Shown in pieces: positions 1 through 14,083 of a DNA stretch of 64,000 nt (its first letter is position 1; every line of letters begins with the position of its first letter). The notes beneath the pieces are model-generated. The model had not been told where the DNA came from, did not search any database, and saw nothing but the letters and a program-made list of their open reading frames with translations. The stretch spans positions 21,328,001-21,392,000 of the forward strand of contig NC_043004.1 of NCBI RefSeq assembly GCF_006345805.1. Direction: 5' to 3'. Both the position numbers and the translations under genes were made by a program. Source of the stretch: Octopus sinensis. Lineage: Eukaryota.

Positions 1-699
1 ATCATCCAGTTCACACACCAAAGCACACAAGGTACTTAGTAACAACAACCAACGATAAAACCATATTTACACCATCTCTTTAAATCAGATCCATCCTGTA
101 GAATACACTAGAGAATACACTGGGTTAGTGAAATCAGTTTATAACTCATATGGCTGATACCTGTTTGGCTGTTGGTGTGTTTAACATGCTCTGCCCAGAG
201 TGATTTGTATCACAACTCCCCAACCACATTATTTTAAAATTTCAGTTAAAATCACACTCTTCAGAGGTACTGCATTTCAGTGCTGCACTTTCATTTCTAA
301 TTAATTCAAGACAGCTTAAGGCTTTCAGTATTTATATTAATAAAAGATGTAGAAATACAGCATCACTAGCCATGAAAACAACAACCTACACAGTAAAGAT
401 TTTCTTCTTTTCCGTGGTTGGATTAGGGATTCCTATTTTCTTTGTTGTATATGTTTTCAACAAACTGAATGTAAATTAAAAAATAAAACGAATGTAAAAA
501 TGATGTTAATGGAAGCAAAAATGAATTAGAAACCTTTATATATGCATTTAAAAGTGAAGTAGAAATCCATTCTAGTTTCAAATTATAATTACATGGTATA
601 TTTTGAAATTTTCAAACACAGAACTTCATTATAATCCTGAACAATCACACACACCACAGCATATAGTTTCACAATCACCAAGATAAATGATATTATACG

Positions 700-1850
700 G
701 CTCATCTTCATGATTGCTTTCTATAGTTAGAGACTGCACATTGTCTATTTCCTCATCCATGTCAAATGATGCATAATCATCTTCTGTACCATCCAACAGA
801 TCTGAAATCCCATATTTCTCAACTTATTTGACAATAATGTCAACTTTTACTTTCTTCCATAAATCAATGGTTCATTAACAGATCAGAGGCAGTTATGAGG
901 CTCACTAACTGTCATTTTTGTGCTTGATTTTTCTCCATTTCACAGCAGGTGATTCCATTAGATTTTCATCATGTTTTTCAAAGCCTTATGGATACTAATA
1001 TCTAAAAATTTAGAAAGAAAAATTATAAGTCTGTTTGGAAAATCAACTATGATAGTGTTTTTAATTGGAGGTTACTAACAATGTCCTTTATAAGCTCCCA
1101 GATAAGCAAATTCTTTTCTTCTCATACTTCGCCTGGTCACATATTTCAAACTTCTTTTATCCAGTAACTACATCCAATCTCATTCATTTACTCTTGTGGA
1201 TGCACATGAATGACAACTATAAATTTTGGGAAAGGAAAGGGCATTTGTAATTGGTCCTTTGACTGAGATTTTCTCCTGAAAACAACCATTGATTTTGACC
1301 ACTTAGTATCAACTATAGAAGAAAGATATAAAGTAATTCTACATTTCTTGCAATCAAGGTTTCAAATAAATACTAGTTTTTGTCTCCTTTATGATTTACA
1401 TTTCCATTCTCTGTCATGTCAAGCACAATTGACATTTCAGCTGTGTTCCCCATACATGATAACTTCTAGCCTTCCTTCTATTGATTTCTGATTACAAACT
1501 GGAAAAATTGTAATCACCAGGCAAAATTTGTGTGATCTTAGTTCTCTGCTGAAACCCTAAGCCATGCTACTGCACCACTTATTTAAAAATCTGCAATTCC
1601 ATTCTTATTTTCTTCCTTTTGTGCATGGATTAGGCAGACAACACAACACTATATCCATTTTGATGACTTTCTAATACTCACTCTGTAATGGTTTTCTCCA
1701 CTTGTGGATATTCGCATTGTTTTGTATATTTCCCTGTTGGTATTGTCTGATGTTCGAATGATAACTTTCTCCAGTTGTTCATTACTTTCTTTGAGGTACA
1801 ACATAGTTATTTGGCTTCTTGGAAAATTCAGCAACTTTTAGCTTTAAAAC
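700..1850 (-). mobile_element. Degenerate pogo/Tigger-type transposase relic
   Basis: Manual minus-strand translation gives SMVVFRRK, VVIHVHPQE*MNEIGCSYWIKEV, KNLLIWE, LDISIHKALK and the C-terminal KYGISDLLDGTEDD, typical of pogo DDE domains. Many stops; ends approximate. Confidence 0.75.
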
Positions 1851-2488
1851 AGCTGTTTGTTAGTTATTCTTCTAGAGGGCATTTTTATATAAAACAATTT
1901 CAATATTTCAACCCATTTGTTAACATATAACTTCTGTTATATACTGTTGTTTTTCACAAATGTTATAAGAAATGAACTCAGTTGAGTCAGAAAGAGATGC
2001 TATTGTCTGACATTGCTTGTTCAATAGAGAACTTAAAGATATCTGTAGCCAAATATCTGTTTGAATAATACATCAAAGCACATACCAATAATAGGCTACC
2101 ATGAAAATAAATTTTATCCACAATGTACCATCTATATATATATGAGATAATTCCTTGACTTACTAGTATTGATCTGCTATTAGGTTGACTTTTACATGTG
2201 GTCGACTTTTCCATAAATATATATGGTATTATTATTATTGTTGTCATTGTTAGTGGTGTAGACTAGCAGAATCTTTAGAGCATCTACCAAAACGTTTTTC
2301 AATATTTGTTACAGTACGTTATATTCTGCTTTCAAATCTTAAAATCAACTTCATCTTTCATCCTTTTGGGGTTGATAAAATAAAGCACAAGTCTAATACT
2401 GGGGTTATTATTACTATTATTTTGGTTCAGTCTTCTTCCTGGTCGTATCTATGTGAGTAGCAGGTTATTACCTGTATTATTATTATTA

Positions 2489-2545
<57 letters not shown>

Positions 2546-2757
2546 GGCAGTGAACTGGCAGAATTGCTAGTATGCTGGGCAAAATGTTTTGTGACATTTC
2601 TTTCATCTTCCCATTCTGAGTTCAAATTCCACTGAGGTTGACTTTGCCTTTCATCCTTTCAGGGTTGATTAAAAGAGTACAAGCTGAACACTGTGGTCAA
2701 TATAATCGACTATCCCCTTCCCTGAACTTGCTGCCCTTGTGTCAAAATATGAAATCA
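2546..2757 (+). mobile_element. tRNA-headed SINE, family A (ggcagtgaactggcagaa... head)
   Basis: Matches the better-preserved copies at 23463-23695 and 54555-54770 (ctgagttcaaattcc B-box-like segment; gactttgcctttcatcctttc core). Confidence 0.8.
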
Positions 2758-2786
2758 TTATTATTATTATTATTATTGTTATTGTT

Positions 2787-2825
<39 letters not shown>

Positions 2826-2828
2826 ATT

Positions 2829-2965
2829 GGATGCATGGCCTAGTGGTTAGGGTGTTGCACTCACAATCGCAAGATCCTGGTTTCAATACCTAGATCGAAT
2901 GGTGTGTTGTGTCCTTGAGCAAAACCCCTCAGCTCACATTGCTCTATGATCACTTCAACACCTGA
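2829..2965 (+). mobile_element. tRNA-headed SINE 5' fragment (different family)
   Basis: A-box-like tggcctagtggtta and B-box-like ggtttcaatacc, followed by gtgttgtgtccttgagcaa; sits right after a (GTT)n run. Confidence 0.6.
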
Positions 2966-2972
2966 TGCATTG

Positions 2973-3895
2973 TCAACAATTTTTTTTTATTTTTCTGTCG
3001 TTACAGATTTTGATGATTGACCAGTTAATAATATTGAAATTGTAAGTCATCACCAGTATGACTAAAGTATTGATCACTTCGATCCTGTTTCTTGCATTCA
3101 GGTCTGTCTTGAGTATTGCCCTTACCCTGCGATAACATTCTTTTCTTATCTTTTCCCTCATCACTGAATGTTTGATCCCATCACCTTCAAATACCAGTAT
3201 GTATTTGTAGCTCTCTGCTGGTTCTGACTCCTTTATGACATTTAGGTTTTCATGACATTCAGGTACACATTTATTGAGGCCAAATTTCATCCTAATGTCA
3301 TTACTGAACTGTTTAACAATTGCTAGTAAGCTCTGTAGTTGTTGGTCATTTTTTGCATGTAAAAGAGATGATTTATATTTTTATCAAATATTTTATAGCC
3401 ATATTGTAACATCATTGAGCAATTTTTAGAGAGGTATTAAGGCTTGACAAAAGAGGACTGGTGATAGAGAGTCACCCAGGAAAATGACTCATGAAATTCT
3501 TAAATTTCCAGCATTGAGAGATTCATTGTCACTGTTCAAAATCAGTGTAGTTCTCCATGATCTCATACTTACAGATAAGAAGTTTCGCAGAGTAGGTGCT
3601 AAATTTTATAAATTTCCAGACATTTTAAAATCCAGCTATGTGGTAGACTATCAAAAGCTTTTTTATGGTCTATCCAAGCAATCAACAAGCTCTTGTGTTG
3701 CTTGTGACAATCTTCCAAGATCATCTTATTGATGAGTAACTGCTCTTTACAACCATAGGATCCATGTTTACATCCTTTTTGCTTATTAGAGAAAATGCCA
3801 TTATCTTTCAAAAAACTACTGACATATTCAGTCAAGACAGATGTTAATATTTTACACATTGTTGTTAAGTAGGTTATAGGTCTATAATTTTTGGT
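2973..3895 (-). mobile_element. R4/Dong-clade (RLE) non-LTR retrotransposon, RT fragment
   Basis: KPKNYRPIT, QKGCKHGSYGCKEQLLINK, AWIDHKKAFDSLPHSWI, GDSLSPVLF, MKFGLNKC and EKIRKECYRRVRAILKTDLN. The YMDD motif is lost by a short deletion. The 5' end is joined directly to a (TAA)n array. Confidence 0.85.
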
Positions 3896-3900
3896 TTATT

Positions 3901-3950
<50 letters not shown>

Positions 3951-3958
3951 CATCATCA

Positions 3959-3993
<35 letters not shown>

Positions 3994-4011
3994 GTTGTTG
4001 TTATTATTATT

Positions 4012-4362
4012 ATGTCCGTTGCCAGCCTCGCCTGAACCCCGTGCCGGTTGCACATAAAAGCACCATCCGTTCGTGTCCGTTGCCAGCCTCGCCTGGCCCC
4101 TGTGCCGGTGGCACGTAAAAGCACCATCCGTTCGTGGCCGTTTGCCAGCTCTGTCTGGCACCTGTGTGGGTGGCACGTAAAAAGCACCCACTACACTCAC
4201 GGAGTGGTTGGCGTTAGGAAGGGCATCCAGTCGTAGAAACACTGCCAGATCTGACTGGGCCTGATGAAGCCTTCCGGCTTCACAGACCCCAGTTGAACCG
4301 TCCAACCCATGCTAGCATGGAAAACGGACGCTAAATGATGATGATGATGATGACGATGATGA
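4012..4362 (+). mobile_element. RTE LINE 3' tail (5'-truncated copy or RTE-mobilised short element) with ~60-bp subrepeats and (TGA)n end
   Basis: Near-identical to 52960-53270; the same tail ends the RTE ORF fragment at 55700-56790; palindrome ccatgctagcatgg at 4307-4320. Confidence 0.8.
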
Positions 4363-6759
4363 TTATTGTTTGAAGGTTTTAAGGTTTTAAAGATAAAATC
4401 TTTTGAAAATTTCGTACATGACTAAAACTGATCAATCACCACAAGGGACTCCATCTTCAACTCGCTCAATAAAAATCTATACTTTACACATGTAATGAGT
4501 TCTTTTTTTTCTTGGAATAACCATATCCACTATAACATTTATGTATATACAATTATGTATGCATGCACGCACACACACACACACACACATACGAGCATAT
4601 GAATGTGCATTTATTTAGAATTGCATTGGATTTGCTGGTATCCAAATGCATTCCTCCATTTATTCCCCTGTACTGCTTGTCATCAATTCCTCTGTTTCAG
4701 GTTATCCTTCTATTGACATCTATCTCCATGCTGACCTTTTGAAACTCATACTCCCTCAATCTCTATTTCATATCTTACTTATCAAAAGAACTTCATCAAT
4801 GCTGGTGGAAGAAATATTATAAAAGTTGTTATATGCATTCAAGGTGGTGCTCCAGCATGGCAACAGTCAAATGACTGAAACAAGTAGAAGACAAAAGATA
4901 GAGGTAGAAAATGTTAGAAAATGTTAGAATAAAGAGTAAGGAAAGAAAGAATGAAATTAATGAATATTTTATAAGTTGGTGGACTGTGAAATAAAATTGT
5001 TCATTTTAAGGTGGAGTAGCAATGAGTGGATACAATTTAAATAGTGTCTCAGCTCCATTTGCTGCTCCTTCATCTTGTGTCACCACTACACAGACCTTCC
5101 TTGACTTAAAAATTTCTCTGTCTCTCACCAGCCATAGTCTGTCCTTCCACCAGATTCAGTCTCCCACTCCAGAATATTGTCCCCCTGAAATTCTCTTCTC
5201 GACCAGATTTTCACTAAACCATCAAGAGGTTCACAAAAGCTGCTAATGTCCATTTAGGTGTGTGAATACCATTAGCACAAGTTCTTCCTATTTCACTTCT
5301 GGCAAGCCCATGAAGGCTATAGCATATTCCCCTCATCCAACTCAAACAATTGAAAGAGAAAATGTAAGACCTGCTACAGCCAGGCAGATTGTGCTATATA
5401 ACTTACTTAGTGTAAGTGCTATCTCTGAAGTCTCTTGACCTCTTAGAAATAGCACCCAGAGCTCATCAGTTAGCAATCTACTGTATTAAAGAAAGGAAGG
5501 AAAGAAAGGATAATGCAATCCTAGGTGCATCATGTATCAATGAAAGCCAGAATGGTTACAATTGGAATGCCATGAACCAAACAGCAGAGAGAAAGCAGAG
5601 ATACAATTTCATTTGTATCCATTCAATGCTACTCCATATTAAAATGAACAATTCTATTTCACACTCCACCAACATAATATATTCATGGTTTTCATTCCTT
5701 CTTTCCTTACTCTTCACTCTTATATTTTCAGCCTCTGTTTAACAACTTTTATATTTCTTCCACTAGCACTGATGGAATTCTTTTGATTAGGGCTGACTTA
5801 TGTTTAAACAACACTGCTATCATTAACATAACCATTAATGACTGTGTTAAAACCAAGACTGACAACAAATATAAATTGGAAACAAAACGAAAGAACTTTA
5901 CTTCTGATAGACAGCATGTGATTTTATATTTCTGACAAGAATACCTATTGTTCTTTTAAACGAAGAGATGTGGTAATTATGCAACATGTGCATGACATTT
6001 TTATATCTCTACACTTAACTCTTGGGCTTTCCATAATCTTTAATATTTATTTCCTGTACACACTCTGCATTGTCATGTTAGTTATATAAAACAATAATAA
6101 TGCCATCTCTTACTTCTACACAGCTACTTTCACTTGCTGCAAAATTTACTAGTTTCCTCTGCCATGTTTCACTGCTATATATCATCACAGTTATTATCTT
6201 GCAATGCTCAGAAGCCAGATGCCAGACAGTTTTTATGGTTGTATGTTATACAACAAACTCTTCCATATGCATGTTTGCACATGCATGCACACACACACAC
6301 TCACACACACAAATTCAGTCTTTTACTATACTTTCATTTAATATTTCTCATTCTCTCTTTTCTGTTTCTTTCTTTTGTACCATAAATCAGACAGATCAGC
6401 AAAATACACTTGTTTAGCATGCTACCCTTATGTCAAGGCAAAAGTTCCCTCCTAGTTGTGGCCAAAATATTATATGATTTCCAAATAAATTTATTTCCAT
6501 GTAAGCTTATTAGTTTTGATGTACAATTCACAAACATTAACTTACAGATTTTTTTTAAAGTTTGCTATTGAATGAGTAAAGTTCTGTCATAATATCTCTT
6601 TGTGGCTCAAGGGACTTCATTTTTTTATAACACTTGTGTAAAAGAATTATTTGTTTGAGATTTTAAAATATTGCAATTATTTTGTGTGAAAATGCCTTTC
6701 ACAAGAAAACAACATCAATGAAAAAAACAAACAAAAAACATACATCAACTTTCAAACTA

Positions 6760-7300
6760 AAAGTTACTGAAGTTACTGAGAAGACAAATAACTGTTTTGT
6801 ATCTTAGAGAAACTAATGAAAGACTGGAGAAAGATATGCATCAAACTTCAGACAATACCAGCAAGAAAATATATTAAACTAAGCAAGTGTCTTCAACTGA
6901 ACTGGAGAAAACAGTTGCAGAGTGAATACCAGAAAATCATCAAATTTGAGATTGTGTTATTTGTACTGTCCTCCTAATCCAAGCACAAAAAGAGGCAAAT
7001 AAGTATGGAATTTCTGATTTTAAATCAAGAGTTGAATGGTGCTCTAGATTTATCAAACAGTTTGACTTAGTATTTCAATAGAAAAACAAAAGCTCACAAA
7101 AATTGCCTACTGATCTAAATGATAAGATATTCACCAGTTTGTAATTAGAAATTGATAAAAGGAAGTGCTACAACTTGGCACCTTTTGGCTGTGACATGAA
7201 TGGTACTATAGACCAAAAAAGAAAAAAATCTGTTTTGATTGGAACCACTGGCCATAAAAAGCAGTGTTATGTTACTTCTTTCTTGTAAAAACCAATTGTT
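6760..7300 (+). mobile_element. Degenerate pogo/Tigger-type transposase relic (HTH and start of DDE domain)
   Basis: ELEKTVAE*I, SRVEWCSRFIK and KLPTDLNDKI; about 6790-6950 aligns by eye with about 1640-1830 on the minus strand. Confidence 0.65.
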
Positions 7301-7732
7301 TTTAAGAGAAAATTTCTGCCAGTGGAGCAATTTGCAAAAGAAAAAACAAATTGTCATCCATGTGCATCCTACAATGATTAATGGATGAATGTGGATGTAG
7401 TGAGCAGTTTGGAATTTATAAACTGGTGGACTATGAAAGGGAAAGAGTTTTACTCATTGGGGGACCAGTTTAGGGCATAATTCAGCAAAGAACATTGCTA
7501 GTAACCTCCAGTCAATTATCTGTATCCTCAGTTACAAATATGCTGATAACTCTTAATCTTAGTGGTTTTGAATTTTTCCACCACTGATAGAAAGTTTTGG
7601 TCAACTACACCACTTATGTATGGTTGTGAGTCTATACATGTATGTGTGTGTGTGTATATATTATGTGAATAATATAAATGTATGCATCTCTCTGTCTCTG
7701 TCTCTCTCTATCTCTGTCTCTCTCTCTCCAAT

Positions 7733-7810
<78 letters not shown>

Positions 7811-8869
7811 CCCACAAGGATATATACATGGATAGTTTAAATATGTTCTACTGATGGACACTCAAAATGCATAAATAGCATTGGTAACCAAAATTTTGTT
7901 AGTAAATTAATTAAGTATGAGAATATGTCAGAAGAAATATCCCTAATGACAACATTATAGGAAATGTGTTGAGAAAGTTATATAGACTTAGTAATAGTAG
8001 TAATAGTTATAGTAGTAGTAGCAGCAGCAATACTTATGAAGTAGTAAACTGAACAAGATGAATTACAATGGCCATTTCAAAACATAGTATTCAACAATCA
8101 TCATCATGTAGACCATTTCTTTTGTTACACCATTGAAATAACAAATTTCTCCCAATTATTTGTCAATGTATCTCTTTTGTCAAAATATTCAATAGACATG
8201 TGAAATGGTTCTCTTTGAAGCGTTAATCATAAAGAACTGAAATGTAGATTAGCTTCACTTTCAAAGAATGCATGATAACCAAATCTAATCTTCATTGAGT
8301 CAGATTCAAAATCTCACAGCATTTTCAATGGTCAGTTGGTTCATATCATATGCATTCAATACAAAGTGCTGAAATGTCAGAGGTTTTGAAATCAATTTTC
8401 CAAATTACCAAATTATTCAAAACTTCTGTGGAAAGAGAATGGTATCAGAAAATATATAGTTTCTAATGACAGATTTGAACTACCTTAGGAAATTACTACC
8501 AAATATGCTGTATATGCTTGTCAAAAGGCCAGCATATACTTCTTATATCACTTACTGTTTGGCATCACTTAAATGGTAGCAGTTTATCAGATATCTTTAC
8601 TGCAAGCTGTTCAACAATAGCATCTTAAAATCATTAGCTTATTACTCAATTCTTAAAGTTTTAGTTATTAAAAGTTTCTTAATAAACTTTTTCAAGATAT
8701 GCTCAAAAGTTGTTAATTAATGTAAGAAATATTTAGGATGTGGAGTTCCGACTCCTTTAGATCAATGTATGAGTAAATGTGAGTGTCAATGCCTTGTTGT
8801 GTGTATGTGAGTGTGTGCATGCAAAAGTGGGTATAATTATGGATGTAATAGCTCGAGACAGATTTCATG

Positions 8870-8881
8870 CATGTATGTATG

Positions 8882-8915
<34 letters not shown>

Positions 8916-8980
8916 TGTATGTATGTATGTATGTATGTATGTATGTATGTATGCATGCATGCATGTATGTATGTATGTGC
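8870..8980. repeat. (TATG)n microsatellite
   Basis: Direct; lies just downstream of the 9047-10010 ORF end on the minus strand. Confidence 0.95.
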
Positions 8981-9046
8981 AGATTTGCATGTTTTATGTA
9001 TGTATTCTCATGCATATAGTTGCATATCTAGACATGTTCATATATA

Positions 9047-10010
9047 TCTAAATGATAAACTTCTGGAAAGTTTTACAGATTTTTACAGTTCCAGTGATGG
9101 AATGGGTCTTTAGTCTTCGAATTAGCTTTCTCCTTTCTGGTTTTGAGAAGCCTAATTTCTCAAGATCAGTATATAGGCAGTGTGTTACTTATCTGAGGGC
9201 CTCAATAATTACAGGTATAAACCTGAACCTGGAATCTGGTAAGTGTAACTGCAGATTTCTCAATAGTTCAGCATAAGTGTTCTCTTTTTCACTGATCTTC
9301 AGGTTTATGTTAACATCTTCTGGGCAGCTAATTTCCACAACTGTACACAGTTTCTCTTCTCTATCTCAAATCATTATATCAGGTCTGTTGTGCTTACATT
9401 TTATTAAGGTCTTCACTGGGACATTCCACTAATATCCCTTTTTATTATGAGTAGTTTGGCTTCTACCATATTGTGGGTTCTTATTTCTTTGTCCATCCTT
9501 CTGATGGATTTCATTATAGAAAATCCTAGCTAAAACATCATCTTTTGTCAGTAGATAATACTGTGATGACATTTTTGGACAACTGCTTATGATTTTGGTG
9601 ATACCTTCAGTGGGAATTCCACAAAGTGTACATCGGTTGTTAGACTTTACGGCTTTACCTGCATCTCTATCCCTTTTGTGCATCAGGTACTTAGTTGATA
9701 TTTCTTGTTCCTGGATTGCAAACACTTACCCATCAAAGTGGAAGATAGTAATCCAGTTATTGGCCCATGATAAACTGCTTTGATGATCAATGTTACTATT
9801 CTCACGGAGCTTTCTACTAACATATCCATGCATAGTCTTCTGCTCACATAGGCTCATCCTTTTACCTGATGATACATTGTTGTAGAATTGTGCAACTTCT
9901 TTGGGTATGTTTCCTAGGTTATCAGACAGAGAGCGTTGCTCAAGGAGCTACCTTCCAAGTCTTATGATATTATCAGCCTCATGTATGCAAACTTGTTCAA
10001 GAGATGCTCT
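9047..10010 (-). mobile_element. R4/Dong-clade LINE C-terminus (CCHC zinc knuckle and RLE endonuclease)
   Basis: KTMHGY, FAIQEQEISTKYL, RCTLCG...IISSC, WNVPVKT..KHNRPDIMI*DREEKLCTVVEISCP..NINLKISEKE, ending KTFQKFII* at about 9047. Confidence 0.85.
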
Positions 10011-10479
10011 TCAACACTTAGTGGTTAAAAGATGTTGCTGAAGGAATATGATGCGCACATTCAAAGGCATTTTGGATCAATGTTAAGCCTCTTCCACCTT
10101 GTTTTCATTGTAGATAGAAGCAGTCTACGTCACTGTTTATGTGGAAATTATATATACATACCTTTGTTTGTTATAAATTTAATTTGTTCATTTTGCATCA
10201 GGTTTTCCATGCTAGCATATGCTATATGAATTTGTATTACTGAGGCATTGTTTTACAGCCCATTTTCCTTCCTGTCACTAACCCTTACCTGATTTTTCAA
10301 ATAAGGAAGTTTTCATTCTACTTGTCTTAGAAAAAATGAGCTGTTGTATGATTTCAACAAGGAACTTATCACCAACTTTAGTTCAGTATAATTTACATGT
10401 GAAGAGCAGTTTGTAAACATTCACAGACATCAATGTGCATGGCTACAGTTAACAATATTATGCAGCACCAGTCATTGAG

Positions 10480-11300
10480 TAAAACATTTTACTGTTCTAC
10501 TTGATTTACTGTTCATGTGCCTATTCTGTGCCCTTCTTTGCGAGATATTTCATGCATTTTGGTGACAATCCTTGATGACTCAGTTATTTTCCATACTTTA
10601 ATATTCCTTATCGTACTATGTACCATACCGTTGTCATCTTGGATGGTAGGTTCCTCTGCTGGGTTAACATGAGGTATACCTCCTTTCTTCCATGCATTTT
10701 CTACATCCAGCAGCCTCTCACAGTAGCATTTCCATACCTCTTTCTTATCAACGTCAGTGAGAGTATGTGTCCTGCTATAATTCTGTATACACATCCTCTT
10801 ATTTTTCAGTTTTCTCTAGGATACAGTTTAGCAGTGCAGAACTCTTCATATTTCTGATTCCCATGTTGCAGGATGTGCGTAAACTTCTTTCTTACCTTTT
10901 CCATTAGGTCCCAGTAGATTGTTCAGTAAAGAATTTTACTCAGTGTTATAAATCTTATTCCTCCCAACTGTTGTAAGTATCAATTAATTTCTTTCTGAAT
11001 CTCTGACCAATAGTAGACTCTTTCAACTTCCAAGTCTTTCTTCCTCCAAATTATCTTTTGCTTCCAAGTCAGCACAGCCCTTATTTTGAACTCACTAACA
11101 ACTAACCTATGTTGGGAAATACAGTCTTCACTGGGAAGGACTGGGCATTCAGTCACCCTCTAACCTGCTTTCTGGTGACAATAAAATTTACCTGGCTTGT
11201 GTACTCATGGGATTAGTAAGCCATCAGGTGACTGAGAGGTTTCTTGAAGTTTGTGTTGTACTTGATGAAATCATTTTCATCATAAAATCCAGCAACTTGA
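10480..11300 (-). mobile_element. RTE-clade LINE fragment (end of AP endonuclease and linker)
   Basis: ORF 10513-10794 KKEVWKCYCERLLDVENAW; upstream SQVNFIVTRKQ..LNAQSFP resembles the RTE endonuclease C-terminus; degenerate. Confidence 0.65.
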
Positions 11301-12627
11301 TCCATTAATATTTCTTTCTTAGTACTCATAGGCATCATGTGCTCAAGGAAAGCCATCATGTTTAATAGACAAGTGTTCATTAAAACTGCTGAACTTGATA
11401 ATTAAGACATTATTGTTTGCTATCAATATATACTGTTTGGAAGAATTCATAAAGTATAGCTCACATGTTTATTCTCTAACCCTGATGTGATGCATGTATG
11501 GAGATAACTGTCACATTTTATTTATTTATTATTTATTTATTTTGCTTATGATTAATTTAAGTTTGATAATTCTTGGTAAGGAGGGACTGGACTCTAGCAA
11601 ACTCTACATCCCTTCACTGATTTTCCTCTCACCATACTCTCTTGGACATGTTACCTTAAGTGTTGTCATCATCATCTTATCTTTCCTTCACACTTCATAT
11701 TATCCATCCATATTCATCATGGAATAGCATTGCATCTCCTTCTACTCAATTCTTTCCACCATCCTATCATTCTTTAATTCTCTCTCACTAATCCCCAGAC
11801 ACTACATTTCAGTTTTTCCCTTTGCCTTTTTCTAAAATCGTGTCCATTAGTCTTTCCCCTACCAAGTCATGCTCTCACACTTACTCTCTCACTATACCAG
11901 TGTAACTCTAATAAGAACTGCCTTTGAGCTGCTCAAACTGTTCAGACCATGCAGTTTTGGCAAGTGAACTGTCACATTCTATTTGTATTCACATACTCAA
12001 CCCATCCCATCCCATTACTACATTGACCTCCCACTCTCTCTCACAAACCCTGATACTACTCTTTGTCTTCCCTCTTCCTGCCACTCTTCCATTACTCCAA
12101 CCTCAACACTGTTCCCTCTTCTATTCTCTTCACTGCTATCCTCTCCTAACAGTAGGTCTGTTCTATCCATTGTAGAGGGTTCTTTTTTTTTTACCCTATT
12201 GTGCTTCAAGGCAACCTGACTAACGTTGGTGCTATGAAAGGACACACATTACACTCTGTATGTGGTGAGTAATTGATTCAAATAGTGACCCTACAGAGCT
12301 TGAGACACTGATGGCAAAACAATCTTCTTTATAGTGCTGGCACCATGAAAAGAACAGAGTGTATTCATTCTGTTAACCAGTCAGTGTTAGGAAGGATATC
12401 CAGCCCAAAACCGAGAGAGGTGGAGCAAGACATAGTCTTCTAACCTGTTGGATCCTGTTAAACCATCCAGCTCATACTATCATAGAAATTGACATTAAAT
12501 GATGATGGCCCTGCTGCTGCTGCTGCTGCTGCTGGTGCCATCGACACTGATGACCCACCGTTGCTAATTATAAGATGCTAATTTATCTCTTCCAAAGAGT
12601 AAGGGTATATTCAGCCATCATTTAGAT

Positions 12628-12956
12628 CAGTGATTCTTGACCGGGGTCCACATGACCCCAGGAGGTCCTTATAAGATTTTTGGGGCTCCACACAAGCAGA
12701 ATAGTGAGTTATGGATCCACAGTAGTATATTAAGGGTTCATGAGAAATTATTGGTTTAAATGCATTTATTGGAAGAAACAGCTAGGTTACTTCTACATAG
12801 TTCAACCTACACAAGTTCACATGTGAAAATCAAAATAAGAATTTGGAACAAAAGTAGTTATAAAAATAGTTTTAAACATCGAATGACTATGGGGTCCACC
12901 AGAATATAATAGTAATCAAAGGTGGTCCATAGGTAAAAAATCGTTGATAACCACTG
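12628..12956. mobile_element. hAT (Charlie-type) MITE
   Basis: Imperfect TIRs cagtgattcttgacc / cgttgataaccactg; 8-bp flanks atttagat and tgttagat (6/8 identical). Confidence 0.75.
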
Positions 12957-13580
12957 TGTTAGATCTAGAGAACCCAACCTCTACTTCAAACATATGTGAA
13001 TGTATTAGGAAATAGAAAAAGAAACATCCCCTTTTGTAGAAGTTACAAGAATATACAGACAGGCACACTGAGAAAGAAATTCATACATACTCAAATCCAG
13101 TCATATATACATACAGAGACAACTAACTAGAGATATACAATAGTATACATTGATTCACAACTGATTTTTTGTTGTTGTTTAATCTCTTTAAAGCTATTCT
13201 GTTGTTTTACATAATTCTTCTATAATATTCTAGCACTGTATAAGTTTGGCAAAAAGATTTGGACTGAAATGCTATGTTAAAACATTCTGCTGCCTATGTG
13301 TGTGTGTGTGTGTGTGTGCATGCGTGTGTGTGTATGTGTGTATCTATGTATATGCATATATCTATAAATCTATATATATGCACATATATATACATATATA
13401 ACTACATATATATAGTTGTGTATGTATATATAATTACACACACACACACATATATATATATACACACACATATATTCACAAACATACATGTAACATATAT
13501 ATCTATGTATATATATATACATACAAGTATATATACACATACATATACATATACATACACACACACACACACACACACAT

Positions 13581-13611
<31 letters not shown>

Positions 13612-13959
13612 CAGAGAGAGAGAGAGAGAGAGAAATATAAAAAAAATTTTGTGAGAGATGTATTGACCATATTAAGCATGGCATTTCAAATTAATGTCTT
13701 TATGCAAGTTTATAGCAAATAAAACCAATGTCATTTTGCATATATTACATTTTCATGGCATTTGTTAGTATATCCTTTAAATAGGTTAAAGATTTATGAT
13801 CGAAATAACACTTTGATATTAATAAATTCATAACTCAAGAAAGAAAAAATATGTGAATTCAATATAGTATGGTCTATAAACAAAATTAGTTTACATAAAG
13901 GCAATATTATCCTGACTAATAATAGGAAACATAATTTTGTCTCCCAAGCTTCATGTTGT

Positions 13960-14083
<124 letters not shown>

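Noticed and set aside
4012-4200. Hairpin repeats with intervening sequence, superficially CRISPR-like
   Set aside because: The intervening sequences repeat rather than vary, there are no cas genes, and the context is a eukaryotic RTE 3' UTR.
5440-5470. CUGAUGAG on the minus strand
   Set aside because: No GAAA closing a stem II downstream.
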